NCBI RefSeq assembly: GCF_006345805.1
Contig: NW_021827029.1
Span: 1 to 11,111 of the forward strand
Source: Octopus sinensis
Taxonomy: Eukaryota
DNA length: 11,111 nt
Direction of reading: 5' to 3'
In this document: one piece after another, positions 8,605 through 11,111 of the stretch
Layout: the number at the start of each line of letters is the position of its first letter
Numbering within the stretch: the stretch's first letter is position 1
Notes under the pieces: model-generated
Told to the model about the DNA's origin: nothing
Databases searched by the model: none
What the model saw: the letters and a program-made list of their open reading frames with translations, nothing else
Position numbers and translations under genes: made by a program

Positions 8605-8795
8605 CAATCTCACATATTGTGAATGAGTGTAGCAAGCTGGCCCAAAAGCACTACAAAAGGAAGGCATGACAAACGTGCCTAAGTCTACTGGGGGGGGGGG
8701 GATATGGGAAAAGTACAGTCTGAACAGAGCATGGAATGGTCGAACCAGAACCAGAAAGAGTCACCAAGAACAAGGAATATAAGCTACTGTGGGAT
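8604..8795 (+). mobile_element. RLE-type non-LTR retrotransposon (R4/Dong-like) fragment, part 1: end of CCHC knuckle and linker
   Basis: TISHIVNECSKLAQKHYKR/RHDK..VYW...EKYSLNRA..EPERVTKNKEYKLLWD read across frameshifts. This matches the conserved ET..HI...C..LA...YK.RHD..A..VHW...EP..V.EN...K.LWD pattern. Confidence 0.85.
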
Positions 8796-8874
8796 ATATA
8801 TATATATATATATAAATATATATTATATATATATAATATATATATATATATGTATATACATATATATATATATA
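8796..8874. repeat. (TA)n microsatellite
   Basis: Directly visible; begins right after the WD codons. Confidence 0.95.
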
Positions 8875-8905
8875 ATCAAAATATCAACAAGTATATCCGA
8901 GGTAC

Positions 8906-8992
8906 AGTAGTACAATGTTTCATGCTACTTCATTTTATTAAACACTGTAAGTATTACATCAGTTTTAAAATGTCGAGCAATCTTCAGCCACT
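8906..8992 (-). ncRNA. Candidate type I hammerhead ribozyme (Penelope-like/retrozyme type)
   Basis: The minus strand reads AGUGG-CUGAAGA-U-UGCU...AGCA-U-GAAA-C-AUU-GUA-CUACU. The core is intact, stem I has 5 bp, stem III has 2 bp with a quasi-palindromic loop, and stem II is long and imperfect. The 10.1/11.1 pair is a non-canonical U-U. Confidence 0.55.
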
Positions 8993-9100
8993 TATAGAAT
9001 TTTCCAGTCAAACGGACAATGTACATTCTTATCTCTATTTCATTTGCCAACATTATAAAGAAGGTAGATCAATAGACAGAGAGGTTGATTTCATTCTTAA

Positions 9101-9161
9101 GAACATGATAGTAGTAGATTCCCTCTCTGACTCAGAGAGTGAATTTACTACTATCATGTTC
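9101..9161. repeat. Near-perfect inverted repeat: 29-bp arms, 3-nt loop
   Basis: GAACATGATAGTAGTAGATTCCCTCTCTG-ACT-CAGAGAGTGAATTTACTACTATCATGTTC, with 27/29 Watson-Crick pairs, one G-U and one C-U. Confidence 0.95.
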
Positions 9162-9170
9162 ATATATATA

Positions 9171-9325
9171 TATGAGAATTACTTAATACAGTTTTGAAGT
9201 GGAAAGGTGATTTTCTTTTTTAGATTAATTGTTTTTAAAAAACGTTATGAAATCTTTATCAGGATGTTAACTAACCTTCTTTTGGAAGCAGTTCTTTTGT
9301 CTAGTGTCCGAGCGCTTTCGTTTCA
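9171..9325 (-). mobile_element. Second copy of the Penelope-like 3' terminal segment at 4893-5046
   Basis: About 10 differences over about 155 bp by hand alignment (roughly 93%). Both copies end at the same point (TTCTCATA on the minus strand). Confidence 0.72.
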
Positions 9326-9485
9326 ACCCAATGTGACTCTCTAGTCGAGGCTCGGAGATCGGATATTGTTGTGGTAGATAAAGGGAAAAAAGGAAACCAA
9401 GATTATAGATATTGCAATACCTGGGTATGCGCGCATGGGTGATAAGGAACTAGAAAATATTGAAAAGCACGGACTACTAAGAGAT
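9326..9485 (+). mobile_element. RLE-type non-LTR retrotransposon fragment, part 2: restriction-like endonuclease domain
   Basis: TQCDSLVEARRSDIVVVDKGK/ETKIIDIAIPGYARMGDKELENIEKHGLLRD matches the R4/Dong RLE motif QCD..IEARRPD.VV.DK......IIDIA.P.D.R...KE.EK..KY..L. It continues directly from LLWD in part 1. Confidence 0.88.
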
Positions 9486-9727
9486 ATCATCATCATTACC
9501 ATCATCTTCATCATTATTATTATCATTATCATCGTCATTATCGGCATCATCGTCGTCACCGTCATCATCATCATCTTCAGCATCATCATCATTTTAATCA
9601 TCATCATCACCACCCACCATCATCACTAATGTCATTATCTTCGTCGTCGTCATCATCATCATCACCATCATCATCATTATTATTATTGTCATCATCGTCA
9701 TCGTCGGCATAATCGTCGTCGTCGTCG

Positions 9728-9778
<51 letters not shown>

Positions 9779-9904
9779 CCACCACCACCATCATCATCCC
9801 TATCGTCATTATCTTCGTCGTCGTCATCATCAACATCATCATCATTATCATCACTGTGATCATCACCACCATTATCATCACTATCGTCATCATTGTCGTC
9901 ATCG

Positions 9905-9937
<33 letters not shown>

Positions 9938-10285
9938 CCACCCCCACACACCACCACATCATCCCTATCGTCATTATCTTCGTCGTCGTCCAATCATCAA
10001 CATCATCATCATCATCACTGTGATCATCACCACCATAATCATCACTATCGTCATCATCATCGTCATCGTCATCATCATCATCATCATCATCATCATCACC
10101 ACCACCACCACCACCATCATCATCCCTATCGTCATTATCTTCGTCGTCATCATCAACATCATCATCATCATCATCACTGTGATCATCACCATTATCATCA
10201 CTATCATCACTATCGTCACTATCGTCGTCATAATCATCATCACCATCATCACCATCATCATCACCACCATCATCATCATCATCAT
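9486..10285. repeat. Complex (ATC/GTC/ACC)n trinucleotide array with about 160-175-bp higher-order repeat
   Basis: The anchor GTCATTATCTTCGTCGTC recurs at 9631, 9805, 9970 and 10131; CACTGTGATCATCACC recurs at 9852, 10016 and 10175. Confidence 0.93.
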
Positions 10286-10395
10286 CGTCCGTCCTCCATG
10301 CCAGCATTACTTGTTGGTTTGACAGGATCCAAACAAGCCCCTTTCGGCATCAATTTTTTTTACGTGCAGTCGTCCTTCTAAACACACCAACGCGT
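10280..10395 (-). mobile_element. Diverged 3' end of a retroposon with a (GAT)n tail
   Basis: CATCATCGTCCGTCCTCCATGCCAGCA...GGTTTGACAGG...CCTTCTAAACACACCAAC abuts the ATC array. It resembles, from memory, a common octopus retroposon 3' end; not verified. Confidence 0.4.
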
Positions 10396-10868
10396 TCGTA
10401 CGTCCTCAATATTTGAAAATCACGTTAGACATTGTCATTTCAAACTAGGTCACGTCTAACTCGGGAGTGAAACAACAACAACAACCAATTTCTACACCAA
10501 TAACACAATTTAATCCATATTTCAATATTGTTTTTCTTTTCTTTTGTTTTTTTTTTTTGTTTTTTGCCCCCAGCTCTTTCCTGACGAAGCAGATTTACAG
10601 GAAACGGCATTTTAGCCATGGCGTCCTTGTTTTACTTTCAACCACTATATAATAAGGACCAGATTCTCCAACTTGTCCTTCATTTTCTCAGATTCAATTG
10701 CAATTTCCAACAGCTTACAGATGTTGGTGACACTTAACCCCCCAGGTCAACTATGTTCGAGCTGACTTATGATCAAAGACATTCCAGCCGTGACCATACT
10801 GTCGTTTTAATAATAATCAATCAGGACCACATTATCCAATATATCCCTCGTTTCCCTATTTAAAGGAA

Positions 10869-11111
10869 GGCACATGGTTTAGTGGTTAGAGCGTCGGATT
10901 CACGATTATGAGGTAATGAGTTCGAATCCCCGGACCGGCCGTGTATTGTGTTCTTGAGCAAAACACTTTATTTCACATTGCTGCAGTTCACTCAGCTGTA
11001 GAAATGAGTTATGACGTCACTGGTGCCAAGCTGTATCGGCCTTACCCTTGGATAACACCAGTGGTGTGTAGAGGGGGAGGCTGGCATACATGGACGCTTG
11101 ATGTCTTCCAT
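10869..11111 (+). mobile_element. tRNA-derived CORE-like SINE, running off the window end
   Basis: A box TGGTTTAGTGG (10875-10885) and B box GAGTTCGAATCCC (10918-10930), followed by a CORE-like segment TTGTGTTCTTGAGCAAAACACTTT...CACTCAGCTGTAGAAATGAG. Confidence 0.85.

Noticed and set aside
8736-9197. 153-aa ORF as a real protein
   Set aside because: It is a chimera of RLE codons, a TA tract and antisense insert sequence. The YENYLIQF end shared with ORF 4602-4919 only reflects the duplicated non-coding segment.
9594-10307. Asp-rich ORFs resembling molluscan acidic biomineralisation proteins (aspein-like)
   Set aside because: The non-Asp residues (G, S, N, V, H, Y, E) are mostly what point mutation of GAT codons gives. 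The D-rich frame is broken by frameshifts, and there is no signal peptide or unique domain.
10869-10935. Possible tRNA gene
   Set aside because: It has A and B boxes but no closing acceptor stem, and it continues into a CORE-like SINE body.

Overview
This window is AT-rich, repeat-saturated eukaryotic DNA with no recognisable intact cellular gene. The SINE families look like those I recall from octopus genomes (inference, not database-checked). Most of the listed ORFs are artefacts of (TA)n, (TG)n and (ATC)n microsatellites. The non-microsatellite sequence is largely a mosaic of decayed mobile elements: (1) tRNA-derived SINEs at 1055-1460, 3866-4330 (minus strand), a tail at 6700-6753 and 10869-end; (2) a hAT-type MITE with a perfect 8-bp TSD inserted into the minus-strand SINE; (3) a 105-bp mariner-type MITE; (4) an RTE-clade LINE 3' end; (5) an R4/Dong-like RLE retrotransposon fragment split by a ~530-bp composite insert; (6) several co-oriented Penelope-like (GIY-YIG) fragments in TA tracts. 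The most interesting signals lie in the composite insert: a minus-strand type I hammerhead ribozyme candidate with an intact catalytic core (8906-8992) and a near-perfect 61-nt hairpin (9101-9161). All alignments and folds were done by eye.
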